Assembly: GCF_006345805.1 (NCBI RefSeq)
Contig: NC_043003.1
Span: 20,026,001 to 20,090,000 of the forward strand
DNA: 64,000 nt
Direction: 5' to 3'
DNA from: Octopus sinensis
Taxonomy: Eukaryota
The notes beneath the pieces were generated by a model. That model was not told where the DNA came from. It saw nothing but the letters and a program-made list of their open reading frames with translations, and did no database searches. Numbering within the stretch: the stretch's first letter is position 1; the number at the start of each line of letters is the position of its first letter. Below, one piece after another: positions 26,288-40,200 of this stretch. The translations under genes and the position numbers were made by a program.

Positions 26288-27240
26288 TAATAAATGCCCT
26301 GATGCAGTACCAGGCAGTGGCTCTCATGGCTTCTGATCTTAACTGATTGGAAGTGTTATCATGTACATTGTTTTGTCTTGGTATAAAAGATAGGCTACAG
26401 CAAATATTCTGCTCAATATCACAGATTTGCTTGTCAGTTGTTTGACCTTAACCAGTTGAGCATGTCCCTTAGTGTCTGGCGATATGTGCATCTCTGATCA
26501 CGAGCAGAAGTAGTGGGGGAGCATCATAGCCATGTGTTGAGAGGGATTCTCTGGGGTTTGAATAATTCACCTCTGGAAACATGGGTGTTTCGTTCAACGT
26601 CCTTAAACAACCCTTATTCAGGGACCTTTTGAGCGGGATGGGTTACTCGATCTGAAGAAAATTCTAACTGGGCTCCACCTGCAAGGTCATGCGTTGTTTA
26701 TCTTGATATGAGATCACCATGTCGCGCACATATGGTTGTGATGCATGTACCTGGTGTACCCTTATCAGACGGGTAGTCATGATGGGTATACTGGGCTTCG
26801 TATATTTTACCCCAGTGTCACTTTGATGGCATGCTCTGCTCGCTCACTCAATAATAATAATAATGATAATAATAATAATAATAAATAACCCAGTCTACTA
26901 TAGGCATAAGGTGTGGAATTTAGGGGAAGGAATTACGACCCCGAAAGGATGAACGGCAAAATCGACCACGGTGGAATTTGAAATCAGAACGTAAAACTGG
27001 AACAAATGCTGTGATGCTCGCCGCCTTAATAATAATGATTCCAAATTTTGGCACAAGGCTAGGAATTTCAGGGGCGGGGTAAGTCGATTACATCAACCCC
27101 ACCACAATACACAACTGGCGCTTATTTTATCGACCCCCAAAAGTATGAAAGGGGAAAGTCGACCGCGGCGGAATTTGAACTCCTCAAAGTTTGGTCAAAG
27201 GCTAGCAATTTCAGGGGAACGATTCTGCCAGCTTGCCACC
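26050..27240 (-). mobile_element. Cluster of SINE family B copies in (TAA)/(TGA) arrays
   Basis: Copies at ~26050-26245, 26895-27030 and 27040-27240. Further copies at 27635-27810, 28790-29165, 36560-36975(+), 38850-39060(+), 45612-45803(+) and 60560-60773. Confidence 0.75.
26294..26849. mobile_element. ~555-bp non-coding insert embedded in a (TAA)n array
   Basis: Sharp boundaries with (TAA)n on both sides, higher GC than the flanks, and no ORF. Confidence 0.6.
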
Positions 27241-28394
27241 TATATAATAATGCTGTGCTAATTCGTTATTAGAAACGAAAACAGTACTACTTCCAAAGAG
27301 GAATCTATTTATCATACATAAGGCAGGTATATCGCTGAAAGCCTGCAAAACTGCTGATATCGTCTCGAGTAAGTATCTCTTATAGAGGTACACTGTTAAA
27401 AAAGCAAAGAAGGAAAAACTAACATGTCACTTATTGAATAAGAATGAATGCGAGAGAGATAGAGAAACAGAGTGAAAAAAAGAGAGAAAAGATAGAGAGG
27501 GAGAGAGACAGAGGGGGAAAGAGAGAGTGAGGCACACACATACACACAGATACAGAATGAATAATAGGATTTATGGGGTCATGTTAACAGTAACATAGGG
27601 TGTTGTAATATAGATAATATATTAATTTCGGTGGAGATTTAATCGATCGTATCGACCTCAGCGATAAACTGGTATTTATTTCATCGATCCCGTAGAACGA
27701 ATTGCAAAGTCGGACTCGGCATAATTTGAATTTAGAACGCGAAGATGGACGAAATGCTGTTTAAACGTTTCGCCCGGTATGCAAACGATTCTACCAGCAC
27801 GCCGCCTTAAGTTGCAGATTGATAATATTGAAGTGATAGTGTTGTTAAGGCGTGTGACTTAGTAGTTAGGGGTAATCGGCTCACGACCATAAGGTCCTGA
27901 GTTCGATTATCGGCAGCGGTTTGTGTTCTTGAGCAAGACACTCTATTCCACGTTGCTATAGTCCACTCAACTGGCAAAAATGAGCTGTACCTGTAATTCA
28001 AAGGGTCGGCCTTGTCGCATTTTGTGTCGCACTGAATATCTCTGAGAACTAGGTCAAAAAAACGCGTGTCTGTGGAACACTCAGCCACTTGCACGTTAAT
28101 TTCACGAGCAAGCTGTTCCGTTAATCGGATCAACTGGAACCCTTGTCGTCGTAACAGGCAGGGTGCCAGGTAGTGTTGTTACATCACCTGTCATGGGTAC
28201 CCACGATTGGGCGAGAATTTGAGCACCTCTGCGTCATGCTACTCACACTGTATGGTTAGCACGGGTGAACGTTCGATAGAAATCGATCGTCATAAAAATC
28301 GATTCTTAATTTATCGACTCAGCAATGATGAGAAACAGAATTTATCTTGGCGGAATTTAAATTAAAAATAAAGAATTTTCCATCTTTTAACTTT

Positions 28395-28772
28395 TATCTT
28401 TTACTTCTTTCAGTCACTAGACTGCGGCCATGCTGCAGCACTGCCTTAAATATGTCTTAGACAACTGGATCGACCCCAGTAGATATCTTTCTTGTTAATC
28501 CCGTTATGTATTCTATCGGTTTGTTTCTACCGAACGGCTAGACGACGAGGACATAAACACACCAACACCGGTTGCCAAGCGGTGGTGGGGGACGAACACA
28601 GATTCCTACACATATATACGACGGGTTTACTTTAGCTTCCGTTAACCAAATCACTCACAAGGTTTTGCTCTGCCAGAGGCTATAGTAGAAGGTACTTGCC
28701 CAAGATGCCACGCAGTGGGACTGAACCCGGAGCTCTGTGGCTGGGAAGCAAGCTTCTTATCACACAGCCACA
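28395..28772 (-). mobile_element. SINE family A, diverged
   Basis: Both halves are recognisable. Confidence 0.75.
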
Positions 28773-29384
28773 CTTGGAGGAATTATTGGTTGCCAATTTT
28801 AGCACAAGGCCAGTAATTTTGGAGGAAGGGTTAAATCGATTACATCGGCCCCAGTAGTCAACTGGTACTTATTTTAGTGACTCCGAAAGGATGAAAGGCC
28901 AAGTCCACTCCGGTCGAATTTGGACTCTGGACGTAAAATCGTACGGTGACGATTCTTATTTCTTTATTGCCCACTAGGGGCTAAACATAGAGTAGACAAA
29001 CAAGGACATTAAGTTGATTACATCGACCCCAGTGTGTAACTGGTACTTAATTTATCGACCCCGAAAGGATGAAAGGCAAAGTCGACCTCGGCGGAATTTG
29101 AACTCAGATGAAATAGGGTTAAGCATTTCGCTCGGCGTTCTAACGTTTCTGCCAGCTCGCAGCCTTAAGCCTGGAAGAAATATTACAAGAACTGACAGTC
29201 TGACGAGGCTGCCAATCCACCGCCCTAGGTAACTGAAAAAAACCCAATAAATATACTATAAATGATATAGTGTCCCGTTCAGCTGGTGTCCCGTTCAGCT
29301 GGGTGGGGAACACATACGCCACAGAATCCGGGAAACCGGGCCTATGACCCTGGCTAGGCTTGAGAAAGGCGCATAGATAAATAT

Positions 29385-29850
29385 GTAATCATCTCATTTT
29401 TGGTCTACTCCGAGGTCTCTTGCCAGTTGGCTTGCTTTGAAGACTCTTAGTACCGGAGCTGTGACGTCTCAATGCGAAGAAATAGCGGCTCGATTTGGAG
29501 AGATTCCCTGATCTCCAAGCTAAATACTCTATCAAGTAACGTTACTCTAGAGATCCTTCGAACGAACCTCATTTCGACTGCTTGTATTTGTGATCATACT
29601 CTTTCAGTCATTACCCAAAATTCATGACAGTTGAGAATAGACATTTAATGTTTATTGTAAGCTGTTACTCTTGTCTTTGATTTACGAAAGTATTGTTTAA
29701 CGATGTTTACTTCTCCACGACACTAACGTAGTTTGCTTTATTAAAACTATCTTTCCATATCACATTAAATCGGTTAGAACATACTTCACCATCTAGTAAA
29801 ACCTGCTGCAGCCCTTCAATGAGACAACTGATCGGAGCAACAACATACAT
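29385..29850 (-). pseudogene. RTE-clade LINE reverse transcriptase C-terminal remnant
   Basis: Minus strand ~29520-29630 translates to HEFWVMTERV*SQIQAVEMRFVRRISRVTLLDRV, matching the Expander/Rex3-type RTE motif. Confidence 0.75.
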
Positions 29851-30470
29851 AGCGAGAAAAGAAAATGGCTGGAAGATGATAGAACAGAAATACCGAAAAT
29901 ATATAAAACTTAAAAAAAAAGAAAACAGAAAGATATAACAAACTAATGATGTAATTATATAAAGATTTAGATAATAACGTTTGATTTCTATATAAATTGA
30001 TATAAAAAGACGGTAATTTATATATAAATAATGCGATAAAATCGGCTGGAACTTCCTTCCCGCAGTGCTAACAGATAAAAATAAAGAGTGTCAATAATTC
30101 ATACAATTATAGGTATTAGTTACTTTTCGATGGTAATTCTGTATCAACCATATTTTGTAAATAAGTAAAACTCTTTATAGTAATAAGAGATATAATTCAG
30201 TTGATAAAAATCTATATGTGCTTCCGTAAGGCAGAGATGTTCACAAAATCATTAATTAATCTCTATGGCGATATGCAGTGGACTCCAACTGAAATATCAT
30301 TCTGTGTTCGGCTCAAGTTAATAGTCAGTAATGTTTCTTAAAATCTGATACCCATTTGCAGGACATAGAAAGGGATAGAAGAGGAATATACAAAACGATC
30401 ACGGTCGCTGTGATGACACTTTCGTTAGTAATTCATATTCACTGGAACATTTCGATTCAACATAAAAGCA

Positions 30471-30773
<303 letters not shown>

Positions 30774-31086
30774 TGTGTATGTATGTATGTGCGTGTTACT
30801 CACACACTCATACACACACACGCACAAGCACACACACATACACAGAGTTGAATGTTAACCGAAGGGTTACTCAACACTTTTTTAGTAGAATATTTATAAA
30901 CGTTTACAAGAAAAAGGTTGACACTGACTTCAAAGCTTTGGCTTACTCGCTTTCACCAAACAATCGGATACACTCGTAAAATAGTATATGCATGCATACA
31001 TACATGCATACAAAGATACATACATATAATCGTACACACATATATACGTATAAAAGTATTTCTATATGTATATATACATACACACA

Positions 31087-31118
<32 letters not shown>

Positions 31119-31212
31119 TATATATATATATACATATACAAACATAATACATGTATGAAATTATACACACACACATACATACACACACATATATATATAT
31201 ATATGTGTGTGT

Positions 31213-31783
31213 ACGGCGGGCTTCTTTCAGTTTTCGTCTACCAAACCCACTCACAAGGCTTAGGTCGGGCCTGAGGCTATAGTAGAAACCTTGTGCCCAA
31301 GGTGCAACGCTGTGGAACTCTACCTGGAACCATGTGTTTAGGGACCAAGCTTCTTTCCACAGAGCCACTCCTGCGCGTATATATCTCTTTTACTCTTTTA
31401 TTTGTTTCAGTCATTTGACTGCGGTCATGCTGGAGCACCGCCTTTAGACGAGCAAATCGACCTCAGGACTTATACTTTGTAAGCCTAGTACTTATTCTAT
31501 CGGTCTCTTTTGCCGAACCGTTAAGTTACGGGGACATGAACACACCAGCATCGGTTGTCTAGCGATTTTGGGGGGACAAACACAGACACACAAACACACA
31601 CACATATATATATATACATATACACGACAGGCTTCTTTCAGTTTCCGTCTACCAAATCCACTCACAAGGCTTTGGTCAGCCCGAGGCTATAGTAGAAGAC
31701 ATTTGCCCAAGGTGCCACGCAGTGGGACTGAACCCGGAACCATGTGGTTGGTAAGCAAGCTACTTACCACACAGCCACTCCTG
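31213..31783 (-). mobile_element. Two adjacent SINE family A copies (5' half 31213-31377; full 31388-31783)
   Basis: Reverse complement of the consensus. Confidence 0.85.
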
Positions 31784-34076
31784 TGTACACATACACATAC
31801 ATATATGCATACACAGTACATACATACTCATGCATACATATATATATTTACACACATACACGCTACCGTATAGATGATTATGAAATCACACACACACACA
31901 CACTATATATATATATATTTATATAATACACACACATATATGCATACATAGTACATACATACATACATACACACAAGCATACATATATTTACACACACAC
32001 CCGTATAGATGATTTTGAGATCACACTATGTGATTTGCAATTAAAACGGAAAACGAAAAACAAAAAATATATATATAATTAATACTGCCAGCAGAGTGTA
32101 GTAACTGTTTAGCTGTCGCGTGCCCTGCTGAGGGGTCGCCATTTTAGTGGAAACAGGATAAAGAAATAAGAAATAAATTCATAGTAATTTTAACTTCCTG
32201 GATCATAAAAGTTACGGATTTTCATGATTCCGTTGTAAAACCTATTTCTTGTCATGAATTTTATATTCCAGACATTTAATGACTAAACATTGTAAAACAA
32301 TGAATACACATTTTATGGTCTCTTTTAGTAGTTCAATACGATAAACTGCGGCCATGGCGTGTATTTGTTTCGCCTGCAAATGATTTGATTATATTAACTC
32401 CAGTACATCGAATGGTACTTTCTTTTTTATCAATCAGTTCATTTATCGGTGCAAAGTAACGTAATTCAGACGGAATACATTCCAGAATGCAGTTTTTGTT
32501 CGCTGTACCGATCTATTGACAATTCCCAGGTAGGATGCACTTTGTACCATTTCTGCGTTATGTGGCTTTCACAAAATGCAGAATTAACAAGGATTACTAA
32601 GTACGTTTGTTGTTGTTATTGCTGTTTTATATTCTCAGTCAGATATACCACGCTACAAGTGTTCCATACCCTCTTATTATATACATAAATACCTTCAAGG
32701 CAGTTGAATCCAAATTTAAAGAAATGAATTGGTATTTTGGTAAAGATTGTGGAGGTGCATGGCTTAGTGGTTAGAGTCTTGGACTCAAGATCGTAAGATT
32801 ATGGCTTCGATTCCTAAACCGGGCGATGTGTTGTGTTCTTGAGCAAAACACTTCATTTCACGTTGTTTCAGTTCGCTCAGCTGGTAAAACTGAGTAATTT
32901 TGCAACGGACCGTCGTCCCGTCCAGGGATGAATATATACGCCAGAGAAACCAGCAAACCAGCCGTATGCTCCTTCCCGTCACCCCAACCGCCACCGTTCT
33001 CAGTGACCCTGTATTATGTTAAGGGCGCCACCATTGCTCCTCGGATTAAGTCGTAAGAAGTAATAATTAAATTAAAATGAAATTGTGATATCTTAGGCTC
33101 ATGGTCATAAGGTCTTGGATTCAATTTGTGGACCCGACAGTGCATTTTTGTGCCCATGAGCAAGGTGTTTCATTTCCTATCTACCTAGCTGAGGAGGAGC
33201 ACCAGCTAACAGTTGATGCAGCTTTAAGTCTGTCTGTCTGTCTGGTTCTATCTTCTCTCTTTCTGCTTCTCCTCCTCTCTCTCTCTCTCTCTCTCCCGGT
33301 ATTGCTTCCTGAGTGTTACGCTAGACTAAGGATGGAAATATCAAGAGGGTACCGACGTATGCTCACGACTACAGAGATACCTAAAACAACTAGCGAAAGC
33401 GTGTTAAAAACAAAAACAAAAAAAAACACCTATCCGGTCTTATACGCCTGTGAATGACACCTAAGCACGGTTTTAATTATTCTTTCACACAAATGCAAAT
33501 ATTCGTAAAGTATGAGAAATGTTAATTTGTAATTTATTATCCTATGCAAAGAGTGTAAAGTATTGTAATTGAATTGGAGTGAAACTACTTCTTCAAATAG
33601 GAATTGAAACATGAACAGGATATACGGTTTCACATACATTTCCCTCTCATTCTATCTACAACGAACTCCATTATCAGAATATATACGAAAGAGATATTAT
33701 ATGGGTGGCATCAGATTTCTTCTGAATGTGTGTTCTATGAATCTATTTGCTGTTGATTTATTTCTCAATAGCTATCGCTTGACAGGCATCGGAAGACCAA
33801 GAATAGAAGAAAAAAAATCAATTAATGAACAAAACCTAGCGATTACCTAATGGAACAAGCGAGACAATGCGATATATATATCTGATAGCAAACCGTTATG
33901 AAGCCAGGCAACTGATGAATATTGTTATATATTTCTTAATATGTAATTGACGGCCAAGGCAGTTGACTTGGCATTCTATTGCAATCTAATATGTACGTAT
34001 GTATGTATGTATGTATGTATGTATGTATGTATGTATGTATGTATGTATGCATGTATGTATGTATGTATGTATACAA

Positions 34077-34143
<67 letters not shown>

Positions 34144-34337
34144 ATATCTATCTATCATATATATATATTTACGTAGGTATGAATGTGATGATTGTGTGTA
34201 TGCATGCATGTATGTGTATATGTATATTATATATATATATCTATCTATCTATCTGTTCTGCCTGCCTGTCTGTTTGTATATATGCATGCATGTATATGTG
34301 TATGTATGCATATTATATATATAATATATATAATATA

Positions 34338-34750
34338 GGTGAAGGAGTGTCTGTGTGGTAAGTAGGTTGCGTACCAACACATTTTTCCGGGTTCAGTCCC
34401 ACTGCGTGGCACCTTGGAAAAGTGTCTTCTACTATAGCCTCAGGCGGACCAAAGCCATGTGAGTGGATTTGGTAGGCAGAAACCGAAAGATGCCCGTCGT
34501 ATATATATATATATATATATGTATATGTATATGTCTGTGTATCAGTCTTTGTCCTCCCCACCATCGCTTGACAACAGATGTCGGCGTGTTTATGTCCCTG
34601 TAACAGCAAAAGACATCGGCAAAAGACATCGATAGAATAAGTACTAGGTTTACAAAGAATAAGTCCTGGGGTCGATTTGTTCAACTAAAGCCGGTGTTCC
34701 AGCAAGGCCACAGTCAAATGACTCATACAAATAAAAGAATAGAAGAATGA
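34338..34750 (+). mobile_element. SINE family A, full length
   Basis: A and B boxes, gcaccttgg..aagtgtcttc core, internal (TA)n and 3' tail. Confidence 0.85.
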
Positions 34751-34773
34751 AAGAATATATATATATATATATA

Positions 34774-34808
<35 letters not shown>

Positions 34809-35398
34809 ATATCTATCTATATATACATTTACAGAGGTATGAACGTGATGAATGTGTGTGCGTATGTAAACAGACACACGCATACACCCATTTATGTCAG
34901 GTTAGTTGTGAGGACTTTTATGAGTGTTATTGGTAACATGGGATCCAGTACAACCTACTGCATTGTCTGTTCGTCGGCGACTAAACCGGCACCTCCGCTG
35001 GGCTAGCATGGTAAGGATGGCTGCTAGAAACCCAGCAGGACTAAAAACAAAACCTGTCAAAAGGGTAGATTAACCTAGTGTTGATAAAACAACTATCACT
35101 TAATAGCATCGGCGCTCAGAAATTCTGAGTTGGTCTCGGGGATACATGTAGACCACTGGGAGTTCGGCTCCCTTTAGCTTTTGTTAAAACACGTCTCCAC
35201 GGCATTCTGATATAAAACCAGATATACAGGGAATGGCATTGAACATTTTATGGATCTTTTGATTGCGCTTGAGATCATGGTGCGCTTGCATTCCTATGTT
35301 TGTGACCCACATTACACCGGATATCTTGCTCTGGTTTGTATCTTGATCATGTCGGTAGGTGGAGAGTGTCTATAAGGCGGTGTACAAGACTTATTGGA

Positions 35399-35498
35399 NN
35401 NNNNNNNNNNNNNNNNNNNNNNNNNNNNNNNNNNNNNNNNNNNNNNNNNNNNNNNNNNNNNNNNNNNNNNNNNNNNNNNNNNNNNNNNNNNNNNNNNN
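35399..35498. other. Assembly gap (100 N)
   Basis: Run of N. Confidence 1.
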
Positions 35499-35516
35499 AC
35501 ACACACACGCACACAC

Positions 35517-35602
<86 letters not shown>

Positions 35603-35668
35603 AGACGAAGACAGGTGGTGTAGACAACAAACAGATGCATTAGTATAACGCCCGGGAAGTGAAAAAGT

Positions 35669-35704
35669 CTATAACGTTTCGAGCCTACGCTCTTCCTCAG
35701 AAAG
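35669..35704 (-). ncRNA. Minimal type I hammerhead motif in microsatellite-flanked insert 35595-35745
   Basis: Minus strand CTTT-CTGAGGA-A-GAGC(GTAG)GCTC-GAAAC-GTT-ATAG, with a canonical CUGANGA core. Confidence 0.72.
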
Positions 35705-38029
35705 GAACACCGAAAGAAACAAGGAGAGCTAGGGAGGAGCATATAGGCGCGCATGTGTGCTTGCGATTTCCAGAGGTAGTTGTGAAGAGTAGAAAATGAC
35801 ACGAGTGCAGACAACACTGTTTCAATTCTCGAAAATTCTCACATATTTGCAATTGCATTCATCATTTGATTCAGTCTGTTTCAATGCACCGGTTCTCGTC
35901 GATCACCGAAGTTACGCAGCGTCGAACCTAGTTAGTATTCACACACACACATGTATATATATATTATATATATATTATATAGGTTTATGTTGTTGTCATA
36001 CATAGCTTACGCTAGTCTGTGAGCAGTAACAATCAATCAGGCATTCAGTTTTCTCGCCGTCTTTCAGGGTTAGAATCAGATGATATAACTATTGTTTCTA
36101 GCAATCATATTCATCCATTCTTTTGGGGGTATTTGATCGTGTGACTGCTTCAGCAGGCCTGACGCCGCCGCTGCCATCACGACCACGATCACGATACGAC
36201 CACAACCACCACGACCACGACCACGACCACCACCACGATGAGCACATTTTAGATTTCTTCCATTCAAAGGAGATTTCGACCTAATATTTACATGCAATTA
36301 TTTATAGCTTTATCTACTTCGAGTTTAACCTTTAAAAGCAAATAAATAATTATCTCACGAACGAATGGCGATAAATGTAACAAATTGCTTGACCTTTCAG
36401 CGCTCAGCTCAGTGTTATCTATCAACAACACTTGCAGATATCCTAACAAGCAATAACAGCTAATAGTTCAACTGATAATGTCAGAGAACAAGGACTACAA
36501 TTTGCCAGGAAATTAATCACCGTATCAGTGATTCCGAGTATCAACTAATTAGGTGTATTAAGGCGGCGAGCTGGCAGAATCGTTAGCACACCGAGTAAAA
36601 TACTTAGGTCAGTCTTTCCGTTCTGAGTTCAAATTCGGCCAGAGTGGACTTGGTCTTTCATCCTTTCGGAGCCAATAAAATAAGTACCAGTTGAACACTG
36701 GGGTCGATGAAATCGACTGAACCCCCACTTCTCAAATTACTGGCCTTGTGCCATATTTGAAACCAATATTATAATTACTATAGGCAGCGAGCTGGCAGAG
36801 GCGTAACACGTCGGGCAAAATGCTTAGCAGCATTTCGTCCGTCTTCATGTTCTGAGTTCAAATCCGCCGAGGCCCGACTTGCCCTCATCATTTCGAGGTC
36901 GATTAAATAAGTACAAGTGGAGAGTTGGGTCGATGTAATCGACATATCCCCACCCCCGAATGCTGGCCTTGTGCCAACCTCTCTAAGTGTCGACGTGTGA
37001 GTCGGAGAGAAGGAAACAGGAGAGGGTACTTGCTCCTGGGGTTTCAGGGAAATCGCGGACAGTGAGGTTCCTCGATTATCCCTAGAAGCGTTCCTGTATT
37101 AGGAGTGCCACATCTCAATCATCCCGCCTCTTTTTTTTTTTACCTTTGTATGGTATGCATATGTCCCTTCTTTTCCAGTGTATACCGTGTATACTTTATT
37201 TTATTATATTTTTTTTATTATTTCATTATAATATATAGACCCCCATCTTTATGTCTGTCTCTGTATTGTCCCACCCCCATCCTTCGTCCCCGTAACTTAG
37301 CGGTTCGGCAAAAGAGAACGATAGGATATGTACTAGGCTTACAAAGAATAAGTCCTGGGGTCGATTTGCTCGACTAAAGGTGGTGCTCCAGCATGACCAC
37401 AGTCAAATGACTGAAACAAGTAAAAGAAGTATACCTTCTACTGCCTATGGTAACATATTTTTAAGATGGAATGACGTCGTTGTTATTTAGCACCTCTCAT
37501 TAAGGCCAGTTCTGTTTGAGCAAATTTTTTTTTGACCAAAGGCCTTCTATTTGTGACCGTTACTTGCAAATCAGGAATACCATTAGCAGTTTTAAAGTGT
37601 TTCATTTAAAGCGACGAGGAGTTATTTGTAGGTCATCTGGTTGCAGATATTTCTTGCTGGTGGTCGAAACTATGCTGAAAACTTTTTTGCATGCATTAAT
37701 TTTACACGCTTTAAATAGAAAAGTGTGAGCCACAAAAATTTTATTCACTTCATACTGCTGTGTGATCGATACTACATTGCCGGTCTATATATATATATAT
37801 ACTATATATATCTTAGTACATGTCAGCACTAAAATACACACACACACACACACACGCGCACACGCACACACACACACACGCATGCACCTCCTCACTCCCC
37901 CAACTCACGTCCCCACGCACGGCCATAAACCTTCTCAAACATGCAATGAACTGCAGTAGGGGACTGAAAAACCTCTTGCCAGACGGCAATTTTGCCACGC
38001 TTCTCTAACGTCAATCGGCGAACCACAGG

Positions 38030-38161
38030 CAAGGGAGAGATATACTTACAAAACCTGCAAAACCGAAGATGTCAAATGCTGATGGCCTCATGTCTCCCCG
38101 AAGGATACCTGAAGCGAAATAGAAAAAAGAAAGTGTATAGTGACTTTTGGGACACCATGTA
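38030..38161. mobile_element. Tc1/mariner-type terminal fragment abutting a SINE A copy (38163-38500)
   Basis: Ends in gacttttgggacaccatg-TA, a typical Tc1-like TIR end plus TA. Confidence 0.5.
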
Positions 38162-38500
38162 TGGGCAAGTGTCTTCTATTATAGCCTCGGGCCGACCAAA
38201 GCCTTGTGAGTGGATTTGGTAGACGGAAACTGAAAGTAGCCCGTCGTATATATGTATATATATGTATGTATGTGTATGTGTATGTGTTTGTGTGTCTGTG
38301 TTTGTCCCCCCAACATCGCTTGACAACCAGTGCTGATGTATTTACGTCCCCGTAACTTAGCGGTTCGGCAAAAGAGACCGATAGATTAAGTACTAGGCTT
38401 ACAAAGAATAAGTCCTGGTGTCGATTTACTCGACTAAAAAAAAGGTGGTGCTCCAGCATGGCCACAGTCAAATGACTGAAACAAGTAAAAGAGTAAAAGA

Positions 38501-38539
<39 letters not shown>

Positions 38540-39094
38540 TGTATGTATGTTTATTCAAGCAAAACAAATGATACGACGCTCCTCTTACTCACACTTCAGA
38601 GCCCATTCAGAAAGCTAATTTCAATTGATAACATAGTCAATAAAATATATCACTTTTTTTCGATGATTTGATTGGGCTCTCAGAGCGCAAGAGCTAATTG
38701 GTTGAGTCTGTTGGATGTGACGCGAATTAAAAGACAACATTTATTTCGACTCGACCACAGAATCGAAATGTAATGACGCCGACATTCATAAAATCTATTG
38801 CAACATTCACCGCTACAAAACAGCGACTGGTGCGAGGTACTGTTATTGTTAAGGCAGTAAGCTGGTAGAGTCATTAGCACGCCGGACAAAATGCTTAGCG
38901 ACAGTTCTCCTGGTTTTGCGTTCTCAGTTCAAATTCTGTTAAAATCGATTTTGCCTTTCATCCTTTTGAGATCGATAAGATAAGTATCCGTTGAGTATAA
39001 GACTCAATGCAACTGGATGTCATTATGCTACGAAATTTCGTGTCTTGTGCCTATTGTAGATGGAAACAAATATTATTGCTGTTGTAGCTGATGT

Positions 39095-39360
39095 TGCTGT
39101 TGCGCTGTTGCTGTTGAGCGAACGGTCTTCGTCCCAGAGCTCACAAGATGGGAGAAGTCCGAAACGTAGTCCTTTGCTATTCGTAAGACCCGCAGAAGAG
39201 AATGCAGGTCAACCCTCGACACCGAGAGCATCGACGGATGGATGAATGCGGATCTAGGCTCAGCGGTTGCGTAGGAAGTCGGGGACAAAAAACAGGAAGA
39301 AAGAGTGAGAGAAGTTGGGGCGAAAGAAGAGTTACAACAAGGGTCGCCACCACCCCCTGC
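39095..39360 (-). mobile_element. SINE related to family C with a different 3' tail ending in (CAA/CAG)n
   Basis: 39290-39360 is the reverse complement of the family C central segment (9867-9930). The remainder is unrelated to 9930-10051. Confidence 0.6.
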
Positions 39361-39709
39361 ATAAAATAAGTGTTCTTCAGAATATAAAGAGTTTCGTAAT
39401 GGCTATTGGTAAATAATTATTAGAATAAAATAAAAATAAAAACAATATCCCCGGATATTATAACTCTTTATGCGTTAAGATAAGATGAATGCCTATGTCT
39501 TATTAAAATAATTACAGGAATAGCAAGTATACGTACAAAAAGTCCCAGACATATAATTATACAGGAAAAGTGATCCAGTGACGATAGTAAAATATACATA
39601 CATACATATATATGTAAACACACACATATCTATATCTATCTAACAATCTAACTATATATATATACATTTATCTATCTGTATATATGTATAAACACACACA
39701 CACATATCT

Positions 39710-40200
39710 ATTTCTTTATTGCCTACGAGGGGCTAAACATAGAGGGGCACAAACAAAAGCAGACAAACGGATTAATTCGATTACATCGACCTCAGTGCAG
39801 TAACTGGTACTCATTTAATCGACCCCGAAAGGATGAAAGGCAAAATCGACCTCAACGGAATTTGAACTCATTTCATCTGAGTCTAAATTCCGCCGAGGTC
39901 GACTTTGCCTTTCACCATTTCGGGGTCGATTAAATAAGTACCAGTTACGCGCTGGGGTCGATATAATCGACTTAATCCGTTTGTCTGTCCTTGTTTGTCC
40001 TCTCTGTGTTTAACACCTTATGGGTAGTAAAGAAATAGGTATTTTGCCTGTCTTTACGTTCTGAGTTCAAATTCCGCCGAGGTCGACTTTGCCTTTCATC
40101 CTTTCGAGGTCGATAAATTAAGTACCAGCTGCGTACTGGGGTCGATATAATCGACTGGCCTTTCTTCCTCAAAATTTCGGGCCTTATACCTAGAGTAGAA
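39710..40200. mobile_element. SINE family B units in inverted (39710-39870 / 39878-40035) and tandem arrangement
   Basis: Junction ggaatttgaactca-tttcatc-tgagtctaaattcc. Confidence 0.8.

Noticed and set aside
39140-39175. gga-gaag-tcc-GAAAC-gta-GTC resembling a hammerhead 3' half
   Set aside because: No CUGANGA box or stem I upstream.
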